A DNA stretch of 62,446 nucleotides, the filler included, from Choristocarpus tenellus KU-1152 (Eukaryota; Protista; Phaeophyceae), in assembly GCA_964200185.2 (NCBI GenBank). It is 10 parts of 10 records of this genome, joined end to end, with 100 filler letters (N's around TTAATTAATTAA, not from the genome) between each part and the next. Parts side by side here need not be neighbours in the genome. Positions count along the whole stretch, not along the records: positions 11,543 to 18,313 come from CAXNAD020007385.1; positions 18,414 to 27,282 come from CAXNAD020004243.1; 8 more parts are not named here. One strand, written 5' to 3'. Made by a program: the position numbers and the translations under genes. Shown here one piece after another: positions 14,901 through 26,822 of the stretch; within the stretch, counting starts at the first letter, position 1; each line of letters opens with the position of its first letter. The notes below the pieces were generated by a model. That model made no database searches and had not been told where the DNA came from. It worked only from the letters and a program-made list of their open reading frames with translations.

Positions 14901-17900
14901 ATAATGTGAAATTTGTGTATGGAACAGTCGTTATTACCTCCCATAACCACTCAGTCGCAAGGACACTCAAAAAGACTGACTTTAATGGGGTTTATTCAAA
15001 TCTGGAAAAATCATGCAGAGAACAGACCTCACTAACCACGAAGCTAGAATGACGCTCAATATTTTCAATTTGACAGCACCTAACATAACCCAAAGCATAC
15101 CAGAGCACAGGCGGACTTGCCACTGCTTGCTGAATGCAGATATTCTTAACGTCTTTATTTCTTGGGGTGATTATTCTTGAGTCCCTTTTCGCTTTTGTGT
15201 GTTAAGTTATCAGTGGTGTTCATATTCAGTGCACCTCGAGTGACACTCAACTTTTTCTTTTCCCCTTTTTTCACGTAGGATCTGGTAATGTGTAGCAACA
15301 GGAGAACCACTGAGAACAATTAGTGACAATGTATACATTCACAAGTAAAATACACTATTAACCGTGACAATATACACTCCATCAACTGATTTCCTCCCAA
15401 AGGACGAATTAGAGTGAGGAGTGGAACCATCGGGTTCCCTATGAAGAGTAGGCCCTGTTGGTCTTGTCAATGCCAGCAAGTGGTTCAAGCACAACCCTAG
15501 CCTGGGTCAAAACGTAGAGGTCTTCCATACAGAAGTTGGATACAAATATGATGGGTGAACATGACTTTCTATAACATAATTAACACCTATGTCTATGATG
15601 TAACTTCATATCTACATAACTTACAGTAGAACAAAAAATTTAGCAAGAGTATACGCCATCACTGTTGCTAATAACACCTCTGAAGAACATGCTCTTTAAA
15701 TTTCACCTTGCACGAAATCTGTCCCACTTGTTAAATGATAGTGTTCTAGTGAAAACAAAGGTCCCAAGACTGATTAGTACACCTACTCACAAATTTCGTG
15801 TTTGTGAATGGTGTTCATATCGTCCCTTCCCAAGCATTGGGTGTTGGTATATCATGCCTGAGTTCTCTTGTTTACCCCTATGTAGTTAGATGTATTTTTT
15901 TCCTTCATCTGTTCCCCTCTTTCTTTCTTCTATAGCATTTTGTGTTTTGTCAAGCATTGTGTATTGCTTTCCTACTGACAATATGTTGACCTCAGGCTTA
16001 GGACCCTTGATACTAATGTAAATGGTAATGAAAAACATCCTAATAGTAATTTGATGCTTGTTAATATAATATGATTATTCACAATAGTCTGAAGGTTCCC
16101 AGATCCCCAGTCAAAAGTAGTCCAGGGAAAGAAAATACACACTGCTTGTACAAACTATATACTTCGCCATAAATAAATATATGAAGCAGCAAAGGAGAAG
16201 CAGAGAAAATCTCAGTGTACCTAAAAAGGGTAACCAAGAGATACCTAGGTGCAATCCACTAACACCCAATCCTTGGTATAGGAGTTCATTAGTATCATCA
16301 CAATTTGCCAAGTCCTATGGAAAAAAGGGGGGAAGGAAGGAGAAGGTCCATTGTCGCATAGAGTTTATCCAAGCTGAAAACCGCTCAGGCTCTGTTCACG
16401 GATGAAGATAAGAGGAGGATGAGGATGCGGATGTTGCGATGGATGGAAAAATAGGGCAAAACTCGTACCCTCTAAGATACTTTCACTCCCCAGATACTTT
16501 GGGTCTAAATTCCTCCAGGTTTCAACAGTAAAGATTTATTTGTTGTGCTCCGCACAACAAAAACCTTCCAATAGCTTGACATCACGTTATTTTTGTTACT
16601 GATCGATTTAAAATTTGTGATCTCGGCCCTCCAAAACCCCCATCGTAACCCTCTACATGTTATTTGGACAGGACAAAAATAAATAAATGATAGAGCGACA
16701 AATAAGAATAATAACTCTAAAACAATAGCACATTATACGGGGAGTACTTTGTAGGAAGAAAGCAAAAAAATAATTATGCACTTTGCTTTTTATCCAGAAA
16801 TTGTACACCCTGGACACGAAAACTGCGAGGTGCCCATGTGTTGCAGGGAGTTACAAGAGAGTGTTGCACAGAGCCGAGAAAGAGCAGCAGGACCTCGACA
16901 ACACTGTTAGTTGAAAACACTTTGCACGATATATCATAGAAGAAAAGAAGAATGCACTGTACTCTGACACTACCATCCATTAACTCTATCGCTTTCTCCC
17001 TCCCACACCAAGGCTGCACCAATCGTGCACAAAAAATACATGCTTGATTCCCACACCTTTTGCTTCTCGAAGTGGGCTTGATAATCCCAAACAGGTCTGT
17101 TTATTGCTAAATGTGCGAAACCTTTATTCATACACCGAAGAAAATTCATACCCTCTCTCTGGAAATTGAACCGAGTTTATTGCAAAAAGTTCCGCACTTA
17201 TGTGAAATCAATACCTTAGGGGGAAAGGGGAGGATGTACATTGCTGAGCCAACCTGTGATTCTAGGTCTCCTACAGAATGAAGGTGACCTACCTTTTAGC
17301 ACCAAGCGAACTATCGTCCTTCATGTGCATACATTTAAAGATACAAAAAAAAGGGTAAGAAAAATAAATATATATATATATATATATATATATTGTGAGG
17401 TAACAACTTTCACGGCATACAATAAGCGGAGCTACTCCATTTTGTTTCCAATACGACCCTGCTTACCTGTGCCACGTGCACTAGGTTGAAGGTGAGGTCG
17501 ATGCCAGAATTTTGGATAGCCAAGTTGGTATCCAGGAATGATGAAACGATTTCAGTCTCAAGCTGCTGGGCTGTTGTTTCAATGGCTTCAGTGGTGTACA
17601 CAACCAGCACATCGATCTTCCAGAGAAGATTAGGGTAAGGAAAGTGAAGGATTGTGATGAGACAAGGCAAAATATCACTGCAGTTTATGACCTGAGACCT
17701 GGATATCTATCTCCATATGTTACTATACTACGTCATGGATCACATTGTAAATTGATGGTCAGGGGAAAGAGATGGGATATTCAAAGAGGCTAATTTTTTT
17801 GGGATAAGGTTCAGACTTAGTGGTGGAGGATGTAAAACTGACCTGGACATCGGTCTGTAGTCTGCGACCACTGGGCATGACCAACTGATTCCCCTTGAGA

Positions 17901-17962
17901 GACTGGAGTCCCTGCGTGTGGAATATCTCCTTGTCCTCTTCACTTCCCAACAATAGATATTC
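11955..17962 (-). CDS. Metzincin zinc metalloprotease (reprolysin / peptidyl-Asp metalloendopeptidase-like), partial multi-exon gene
   Basis: Six phase-compatible GT-AG exons: 17843-17962 (…SGRRLQTDVQ), 17467-17616 (IDVLVVYT…NSGIDLTFNLVHVAQ), 13677-13825 (…LRDTYNADLVQLI…WCGYA), 12927-13115 (HEFGHNLGCHHD zinc motif), 12405-12546 (YRTVMSYSC Met-turn; FSDP…GKPTGT…NNARRI), 11955-12093 (VANFR then a Cys-rich module). Both ends are missing at contig gaps. Confidence 0.92.
16443..16505 (-). mobile_element. MITE A terminus (16443-16488) abutting a MITE B terminus (16489-16505), inside a protease intron
   Basis: …ACTCGTACCCTCTAAGATACTTTCACTC directly followed by CCCAGATACTTTGGGTC. Confidence 0.8.
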
Positions 17963-18251
17963 CTAAAATACATGTGACATGGATGATAGCGTGAATTGGG
18001 ATTGAGCCCATGATGAGAGTAAAAGATAGCCAAGCAAGATTTTGGCAGAGCTATATGCAATGATGTGGCGGATGGGAGTGAAATATCAATATCTTGGGAT
18101 GTCTTGCAAATCATGTTTCTCGCTTTGCCCAGAGTCTTTGATCGGAAAATAGCTACTGATTATTGTTTAGATCAAATGCTTTTTACATTGACCATTCACC
18201 TTGTTTGACTTCACCCCCATCAAGCCAACGAAACGCCTTATGTCTTCTAAT

Positions 18252-18313
18252 GAGTGAAAGTATCTTAGAGGGTACGAGATTTGCCCTGTTTGTCCATTTG
18301 GGGCTTGGCTTCC
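18252..18313 (+). mobile_element. MITE family A 5' end, cut by contig end
   Basis: GAGTGAAAGTATCTTAGAGGGTACGAGATTTGCCCTGTTTGTCCATTTGGGGCTTGGCTTCC. Confidence 0.92.
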
Positions 18314-19053
18314 NNNNNNNNNNNNNNNNNNNNNNNNNNNNNNNNNNNNNNNNNNNNTTAATTAATTAANNNNNNNNNNNNNNNNNNNNNNNNNNNNNNN
18401 NNNNNNNNNNNNNACCTTGTGGGGGTAGCTGACTCGCTTTTCACTAACTTAGACCGTGTGTAGTGGGGCTGGTACTTGGTCACGGTCCCTCGCATCCGCT
18501 GATCGTCCCATCCGAAGTATAGTCTCCTTCCCCTAGTTCTGGCATTGAGCGTTACTCCCTCTTCTGAATCCGGCACATATATAACTCAGTGTCGGTTCAA
18601 GGGGTCTGTTTTTTTATATAGGGTCCTGTTTTCATGTCCCGACGCTTTCGTGCCCGACAGCGAACTCGGACACACAGGGTTGGAGTTTCATCACTGTCCC
18701 TCTTTTGTTCTTGTCTGGAAATTTATGGACACCCTCTCTTCGATCACGTCCTCTGTTGTGCCCGACCCCAGTTGAGGGGGGGGGTACATATTATTAGCCA
18801 TCGTCCGGGAGGTAGGACATGGAGCATATGTACGCCCTTGATCACATGGTCCACCACTGTTCATATGAAGACACCCCTCATGCACTCTGCTAACCGTCGC
18901 ATCCACCCCTTTCTGGACATCATTAATCTTTGCTGATACCATTGTCTCAACATTCCCCTCCGTCCTCACAGACAGCTGACCGGAGGCCCGAAAACTACTG
19001 AACACCAAAAGACCGCATACATCGTAACGTCCAACATCAGCGCGACCTGCACG

Positions 19054-22000
19054 ATGAACCTTGCAACATCTGCCTACATGACACAGAGGTATAATGCTAA
19101 CCTCCAGGACACCGATCGAGTGGAGTCCATGTTCTCCAAGCTAGGGCCGGACCCAGTTGTCGCTGCCGATAGACTCGCGAGTATCCTGAGTGGACAGCCT
19201 TTTTCCATGTGCTACAGATGGAAGACCATAAGCGACATGAAAGCCGACATGTTCAGGGCGAACGTGCCCTCTGATGTGCCTGATGGCGATCTACTTGCAA
19301 CCTACATCACCAACGGCAACCTCGATGTAGATGAGAATGGCGACGAGAGGGATATAGATGACGACGACAACCTCTTGTTTTGCCTGAACGGACAACACCA
19401 CATAATGGTGCTGAGGGCAATCCATTGCGTCGCGCAAGAGGAAAATATCCCAGGTGGCATCAACCTCCCGCCGCATGTCACAGCGCGATGGGCCTTGGAC
19501 ATCGGAGAGAACCTCCAGGCGGATGATAACAGGAATTTCATGTGGAAGATCTATCCTCACTGCAACCGCGAAAAGGCCGAATCCATTTCGATAGGAGAGA
19601 GTGTGGCGGCCAGTAGGTCGCATGTGCCCAACATTCTCGACATATTCCACTGGATGGTGTCCTGGGTCGCCGCTATCCTGGAGTATAGGCGCGAATTCGG
19701 TTGCGACAGGCCCCGCCCTTTTGTCAATGACATAGAGGAGGGCCCTGATCGTCGCGCGCGCATGGCGACATTGGTCACCAAGTGCAACCAGTACTGTCTA
19801 GGTGACGTAGACTTCCGGAGTGATGACACCGCGTTACAGCTGGCTATTAGGAGGAGGGTAGCTGCCAAGATAAAGGCATTCCTTAAAGAAGCTTGGGAGG
19901 ACACACATATCGAAGCCGGGGTGAATAGACTCACAGACCAGACCTCGGCCACCCTTGTCTACATATGCGTGAGAGAAGGTGAGATTCTCACGGCACCCTT
20001 GACAATCCTTTCGTAAAAGGATTGTCAAGCACCGCGTACCTTTCGTCTAATATATCTATTTTAATTCCGCGTCGGTGGTCTAACATACCCCACCCCTCTC
20101 TTCCCCTTGCTATCCTCCAACAGAGACAAAAGGACTGGAGGAGATCCTTCTCGGTGTGTGGAGAGAGCACAAGAAGCGCGAGGGATCGAATGTGAGCGCG
20201 ATGCACCCGTTTTATTATTAGTACATGAAATACCCCCCAACACCAACAGTCCAACAACAACACAGTAGTAACCCCTGCCTTCCAATACTGTGACTTTGAA
20301 TTGACGATGTAGACATGTGCTTCGCTATCGACCATATGACATACACCATCAACCAACAAACACGCGCCCACTCCCATATTCTTCTGTCCTGATCATATTA
20401 CCTTATCCTCCACTCACCTAATGCGCACCCGACCAGGACAAATTCGACTTCAGAGCGGTTCACATGTTCACTGTGCTCTGGAATGCCAACCCGGACGCTG
20501 CCATGGATTCCCTTAAGAACAGCGGGGGATTCAATCACATGTACAGGACAAAGGTAGGATAAACGTTCCCAACCATTTTGTCTCCACTCGACATAGGGCA
20601 GACAGTAATTGAATGATTTGACGTGTTCTCACCAACGGCAGAGCGACCAATTTCCAGTGATCCCCGTGCCTGTAAGGTCTCGATGCGCTACGCGCATACC
20701 CTGCTTTTCCCTCCCCGGCATATACACTGCCGATTTTAATTCCTCGACATCCTCGAAGCTCGTTCTTTACGAGTATCCTAACCACACTCTGTCGCACATT
20801 TGATGTACATGCAGCTCACGAACGAGGTCAAGGAGCAGTATTTCGCTAGAATGTGCACTGATGTTCTCGCTGGAGTTGGACTATCCATCCTGAGAGGGGA
20901 GACTCCCCAAGGTCATCGATGGGGCGACATTGTCGAAGTGGCTGCGCACGTCTTCTCAGAGCAGGCAGCCAGAAAACTACCTACTGACGCGCTTGAGTTG
21001 ACGTATGTTGTCGGGACGGAGACATTTCCAGAGGAATGGGTAAGTTGATTTTGACCGTGACGATTGAAGTAACGTATGGATGTATATGCGTATACCCCCC
21101 TCCTGACCCTGCAACAGCCACAATGCTTACCACCTAGTTCATACCCCGCAAGACAGACACCCGTGTCATCCTTGTCACTCACTGTTCCAGCACCCATGTG
21201 CTTCTCCACGACAGTTTTCCCACACCCTTAGGGGCGTCCAGAACAAACGGCCCCCAGCCAACCAAGGCAAAGGAAAGAAGAAGACAAGAGGAAAGGGGAA
21301 GAAAAATAAACCAGGAGTCGGCGATCCGGACCCGCCGTCTGCTGCGAAGGTGGAGGAGGATTGGGAAGTGCAACCCTGGAGGGTGCAGTTGGCATACCTG
21401 AGATGTACGCACACCAACAACGTACTCATCAAGGGGGCCGTCCTGGAGGTTCACTTCAGGTTATGAAGGACCTGAAAGAGAAGGACAAGCTCGGCATAGA
21501 CCCCTATGCCGACAATTCAGCAGGAGAGTCTGGAGCAGAGGGTCCTCCTCCCAAGAAATACACCATCAGCGACAAGGTACTCAACTTGTATTAGTTCATC
21601 ATTTCATCTATCCACCGCATTTCAGTTCGTCATGTAAAGCCATATCACAATAAACGCCCTGATTGCGCACGTTTATCTACCCCATCAATTCCACAGGTGA
21701 TAAGAGACCTCGTGTTGATGCGGGATGTGGAGGAGGGCAAAAAATACCTGGACATCATCAAATACTCTGAGGGCGTTACCCTAAGCAATGGTGTTGAATT
21801 CACAGGTGAGTAATTGCAGCATTGCACAACATCGCCATAGATTAAAATCCAAACACCCTTCCCCACCACACCTAACACACAACTCTCTTCAATCCTATCG
21901 ACACTCGACAGTTACACAATGAAGGTTGTCACAGGGTTCTCCGGTTCTTTCAAAGATTGCGAAGTTGCTCGTCGAACATGCTGTGTTGTACTTTGCCTAT

Positions 22001-22776
22001 GTTGTACCCATCGTCACAACCCCGCGAAAAGAGAGAAATTATGTCGCGGGTACATGCTGGTCCTGTACGCTTCCTATTCACCCTTTCTTACCAGCCCTAT
22101 TCGTCCACCTGTCCTAGGGACTCGCTTTATTGACACTTTTGTCAGAACTGCCACTAGTCTGGTCCGTCCATCCTTTCCGCACACCTCGTATTCTCTTCTG
22201 CATCCTGCCCCACATACTCCTTCTCACGAAACTCTATCTCATCTCTTGCCTCCTAACACTAACAACTCCTCCCGTCGTTTTTACCCCCACTTCGCCATGA
22301 CCTTCGCCGCTCTTGAGTGAAAGTATCTTAGAGGGTACGAATTTTGTCCTCTTTGTCCATGTGGGGCTTGGCTTCCCATGGGTTTTTATTGACGTTTTAC
22401 CTACTTCAAAATGTTTCGTAGTAGGTAAAATGTATACGTTATGAAAAAGAGTGTCCAGACAATGATATTGACATCTCCTAACAAACACGATAGTCGAAAT
22501 TACACCAAAATTGCGACATTGGATTTTCGTCTCCAAATGGACGCGGCTGTACCCTCTAAGATACTTTGGCTCTTCCGCCATCGCAGAGGTAACGCGTGTC
22601 ACTCACATGTTGATCACACCAGAGAACCTATCGACGACCTCGAAAAGTTCAAGTCTGAGACCAACGCAGCTCACGAGAGAGAAGTAGCCCTTCTACAAAC
22701 ACGACCGGGAGGCCTGGTCATCACATGCACCGCCCTCGGGGACAACCTTGACCCTGATCGTATCAAACTCCTGCAG
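19054..22776 (+). pseudogene. Multi-exon gene of unknown function with a ParB/DGQHR-like motif in exon 1, disrupted downstream
   Basis: Exon 1 19054-19978 (308 codons, CLNGQHH at 19381-19401). Phase-compatible exons follow at 20124-20191, 20437-20553, 20642-20671 and 20815-21039. Then 21215-21576 (frameshift), 21697-21805, 21912-22049 (in-frame TGA at 21920) and 22587-22776 (frameshift). Most introns are short (88-245 bp); the last carries a MITE. Confidence 0.7.
22315..22572 (+). mobile_element. MITE family A, full length, in an intron
   Basis: TIRs GAGTGAAAGTATCTTAGAGGGTA / TACCCTCTAAGATACTTTGGCTC; the flanks share only TT. Confidence 0.93.
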
Positions 22777-22786
22777 NNNNNNNNNN

Positions 22787-24157
22787 TATCCACCAGCATG
22801 CCTTGTGGGAGACCCGACACTCCAGGTGCTCGAGAGGAGGAAGATAACCCATCACCTAGCCCTTCAATAGGTGCGGGAAGCAGGAATCTAGAGAGGGGGA
22901 GGAATACAATGACACCCTCGGAACACGACTCTCAAGGCATTGGGGGCAGACCCGTTTGTAACGTATTGTCAGGCCCAGAGGAAATTCCAATAGAGGACGC
23001 GAGTGGGCGGCTAGGCAACCATTCGGAGTATAGCCTGATTTGAGTGCTGCAGGGATGTCCACGAACGCACATTCGCTAGACAGCGGCGCAACCGAGTCTC
23101 AAGTACCGGAAACATGTGTGACCACAATGTGAGGCGAAGCGAAAACCGCGAAAATATTGAGGAGAAGAGTTCCAAGAAGGACAAAGGGAAGCAGAAAAGG
23201 ATCCTGATTAGGAAAAAGAGGGTCAGAGAAGACTCTGAAGACGAGGTGGACCGGCCCGTTTGTTTCGACTTGTCAGGTCCAGAGGAACTTTCTGTGGAGG
23301 ACGTGAGGGGGTCGCGAGGCAAGGACTCGGAGTCTACGCCTGTCCAGAGTGACACAGGGATGTCTCCAAACGCCCATTCGGTGGGCAGCGGCGACGATGA
23401 TGCAAAGGTGCCTTGGAACATGTACGACCATGGTGTGAGGCCAAGTGAGAACCATGAGAGTTCCACAAACCAGAGGGGCAAGCATTCTGGGGAGGGCAAA
23501 GTCCGGATTTCCAGGACAGTAATTAGGAAAAAGAGGGCGAGAGAGGATGCTGGACAGACGAGACGTTTGAAACAGCCTGTTGATCCTGATGGCAGCGCAT
23601 TAGAACCTGACTTCCTTGACGACGTCTTCGCTTCTGCCAAAATGGGCAGATGCATGGTACCTCCATGTTCACTCACATCGAGGGACGACGATGATGACGA
23701 AAGCTCATCTCGTGGTGAGGAGGATTGCGTCACACATGACGCGGCCGACTCCGGCGATTCATGCGATGTGGTGACCACCGAAGCCTTCATGGAGGCGTGA
23801 GTCACCGAGCTCCTACGATCTGCAACGAAACCTGCTTCTACACAATATCGAGTGCAGACGCAAATCCTAACCCAAGTCATTTACAATCACGGGTTCAGGC
23901 TCGCAAAGGTCGGTAGAGGGGCCGCTTCTCTTCTTTTCGGGGACTACGTACATGGGCCCACGCAGGTGAAACTCGGCGATCGTGGAGGGAGGGCAGGCAA
24001 TACGTTGCGCCCCGAGCATGTGAAAGCGCTCCAGACGAAGAAGGCTATCTTCTTGAGCCTCGTGAAGCTTCTTGAGCCTCGTGAAGCCCGAGCCTTGGAA
24101 CGCCAGGTACTCCACGCGCCTAAATCTATGGCACCTTCTTGTCGAGGCATACCCTAA
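22787..24157 (+). pseudogene. Low-complexity charged coding-like region with an internal ~305-315-bp diverged tandem duplication
   Basis: ORFs 23114-23800 and 23852-24157 are interrupted by stops. Peptide repeats: RPVCNVLSGPEEI / RPVCFDLSGPEEL, MCDHNVRRSEN / MYDHGVRPSEN, IRKKRVRED / IRKKRARED. Possibly the 3' part of the 19054 gene. Confidence 0.45.
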
Positions 24158-25003
24158 GCTCACAGAGTGGTGGGACAAGGTTGACGAATGCAATTTCGAG
24201 TCCGCCCAGCAATTGAAATAAGGCTTCGGTCGTTCAGGTTTTCTGTTCAAGTACGGGTAGAGTTGAAGGTTGTGCAGATTAATGCATGAGTGTATCTTTC
24301 CATGGTGTCCGGCTCTCATGTTCATGCACTTTGCATCCCACAAGATATGCATTTTGATAGTGGAACAAAAGATATGTAGCGACCGGTCAGAGTCGTCAGC
24401 GTATCATATATCATACTGACGATGAGGATCAGACCTGTCTTATCATTTGTTTTAAAAAGCATGTCTGCTGCAATGTTACATCCCTAAAATATAATACATC
24501 GATCAAACAACTCTTCTCCATCCGCCCGACTAGCCTTCCCAAATGATTTTCGCCAAGGGCAGCGATGAATACTCTGTCTTTCTGTGAGCCATTGTTTATT
24601 CCTTGTACACGACCACGCACCCTCCCCCTATTCTTTTCAATACTGCATGCACCACCTCTTGCTTTGCCCAACTGTCGAAGAACTAGTTTCGATCAAGTGT
24701 AGTCATTCGAATCGTAGGGAATCATATGCCTAAGTTCACCCACGATGCCCTAACCACAGCACCAGCCCAGAACCTGTGGAAGAAGTGTACCTCAAACTAC
24801 TTTCCTCGGAACGTACGACAATGTTATTTGACCAATAACCACTCGTACACACTAAGTATTCCGTCGACACCTTTTGCCGTGCCTCGTACCAACAACTTCA
24901 ACCCTAACACCCTCAGCGACAACAACCACGTCTTACTGCATACAACATACAACACACGCACACAAACAAATATAAGTCATAGATTAAAACTGTGCAACAA
25001 ACA

Positions 25004-25261
25004 GAGTGAAGGTGTCTTAAAAAGCACGAATTTTTCCCTGCTTGTCCCTTTAGTGCTTGACTTCCAACGCTTTTTTTATGACATTTACCTACTCTGAAAC
25101 GTTCTTAACTAGGAACATACATATGTTATGAAAAAGGTGCGTCCAGAAGAACGATACTGACACTTGCTAACAGACACGATAGCCACATATACACCAAAAT
25201 CAAAATTCTGGTGTTTGGTCCCCATTTAGACATTATTTAATCCTCTCAGACACTTTATATC
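25004..25261 (+). mobile_element. MITE family A, degenerate full-length copy
   Basis: GAGTGAAGGTGTCTTAAAAGCACGAATTTTTCCCTG…GTTATGAAAAAGGTGCGTCC…CACGATAGCC…TCCTCTCAGACACTTT, collinear with the intact copies. Confidence 0.8.
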
Positions 25262-25774
25262 CCTATGTTTTGGTTCGTCGTGCACACGTGGAGAGAACAC
25301 ACCCAAACAAACAATCCTCTATGTGTACGTTTCATAAACAACCAATGCAAGCAAACCAACGAACAGAGAAACCCCGCAGCAGACAAAATCACTTTTTTAT
25401 ATTCCTCATAAACAATGGCAAAACACACCCTAACCGGCAACCCTCTTTGGGTGCTAACCAAATCCCAGTCGTGCACAAAAAACAAAATGGAACAGCCTCC
25501 CAAGTATACCTCTTGTTCTTCATCATACAACTGCGCAACCAACACACATAAATCAATAGACCTATTTGAACAGACTCGACATCTGACGTATGCAAACGTA
25601 CAAACTCCTCCCTCAATCAAAACCCGATTATCAAATGGTGGCATACATCCCCGTTATACCTATTACGCAAGGACAGAAATGAACCTAACCAACACTCTTT
25701 TTTTGCTGACATTTCAAATCCGACATGTGCGACTAAATCACACCAAAAAGGGAAAACTCGAAAGAGAGTGAAAT

Positions 25775-25813
25775 ACGGACGCCGACACCCCCCCCCCTAA
25801 GATACTTTGACCC
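25775..25813 (+). mobile_element. MITE B-like 3' terminus (variant ending GATACTTTGACCC); a second one at 27383-27426
   Basis: GGACGCC…C-run…AAGATACTTTGACCC, the same terminal core as families A and B. Confidence 0.6.
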
Positions 25814-26755
25814 TTCTCTCCCTTTGGTTCATCTCTCAGGTTATGCTACAATTCTGGTGGATCGTGGCAACAATGTCAGCATTGTTGATAGTTGTTTTCA
25901 TTTGCATCAAGGTATGGTGGCACTTGTGATGTGCAGGTGTTCTTTAGCTAGATGGATATGTGTGGCAATAGGAAGGCTTGAGTTTGAATGTAATGCTTCA
26001 CTTTGTTGGCAATTTGTGGTATGTGGGTGGATATTGGAAGGTTCCAAGAGAGTGTTTTTGGTAGTGTTGGACCGGCCAGAGGAATGAGCATAGATAGTGT
26101 GTTTTTCTGTAGCACTTTGACAGCGGATAGGCTAGTGTTTGTCAGGAGCAGGTATGATCTTCCCGATGATACTGTGACATCCAATACTACCCTCACGAAT
26201 ATTGTCTCTAGATAACTACTTTCACCTCCAGCTCTTACCGCATAGCTGACTGCCCTGAGGTGACCCCCCTTCCGCTCTGCCAATCCCCTAGTTTGGAAAA
26301 CTGCAAAAGTCCTTGCAGTGCAGCTTCTTAGCAACCAGGACGATATGGACAGAGCTACTTCGTTGGCAAATGCTAACCAAGAGCGAGAGCAGAAGGTGAT
26401 TTTGATTCTCATCTATCCCCCCGTTGTTGGAACTTGTACCTATTCCCCTTCTTCATTATTGACAAACCACCATCCTAGACTATTCTTCCCTACACAGTAT
26501 GCCCTTCAGTGTGATGATGACCCTGGTCTCATTGATGATGGGGCTGGAGGGCAACAAAACTTGTTACCTTACCCTTGATCCAGAGCATAATGAGGAGGAC
26601 AAAGCCATCCCCACTTCCCCGCGGTCTTAACCTTGACTCTGCTGCTGTCTACTGCCCTGACCTGACTGAACGTAACTGCGATCACAATCCCGAACTGCAC
26701 AAGACTATCTTCGAAATAGATGAGCAACAGAAGGAGGTGTATGGTGAGATATGTT

Positions 26756-26822
26756 GAGTAAACGTATCTTAAAGGGTACGATTTTTGCCCTGTTTGTCCA
26801 TTTAGGGCTTGATTTCCCATGG
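26756..26822 (+). mobile_element. MITE family A 5' fragment
   Basis: GAGTAAACGTATCTTAAAGGGTACGATTTTTGCCCTGTTTGTCCATTTAGGGCTTGATTTCCCATGG. Confidence 0.85.

Noticed and set aside
22234-23043. Recurring ORFs with ESILEGT…LFVHLGL or KIATLDF…PSKILWL as a protein family
   Set aside because: They are translations of non-coding MITE A copies.
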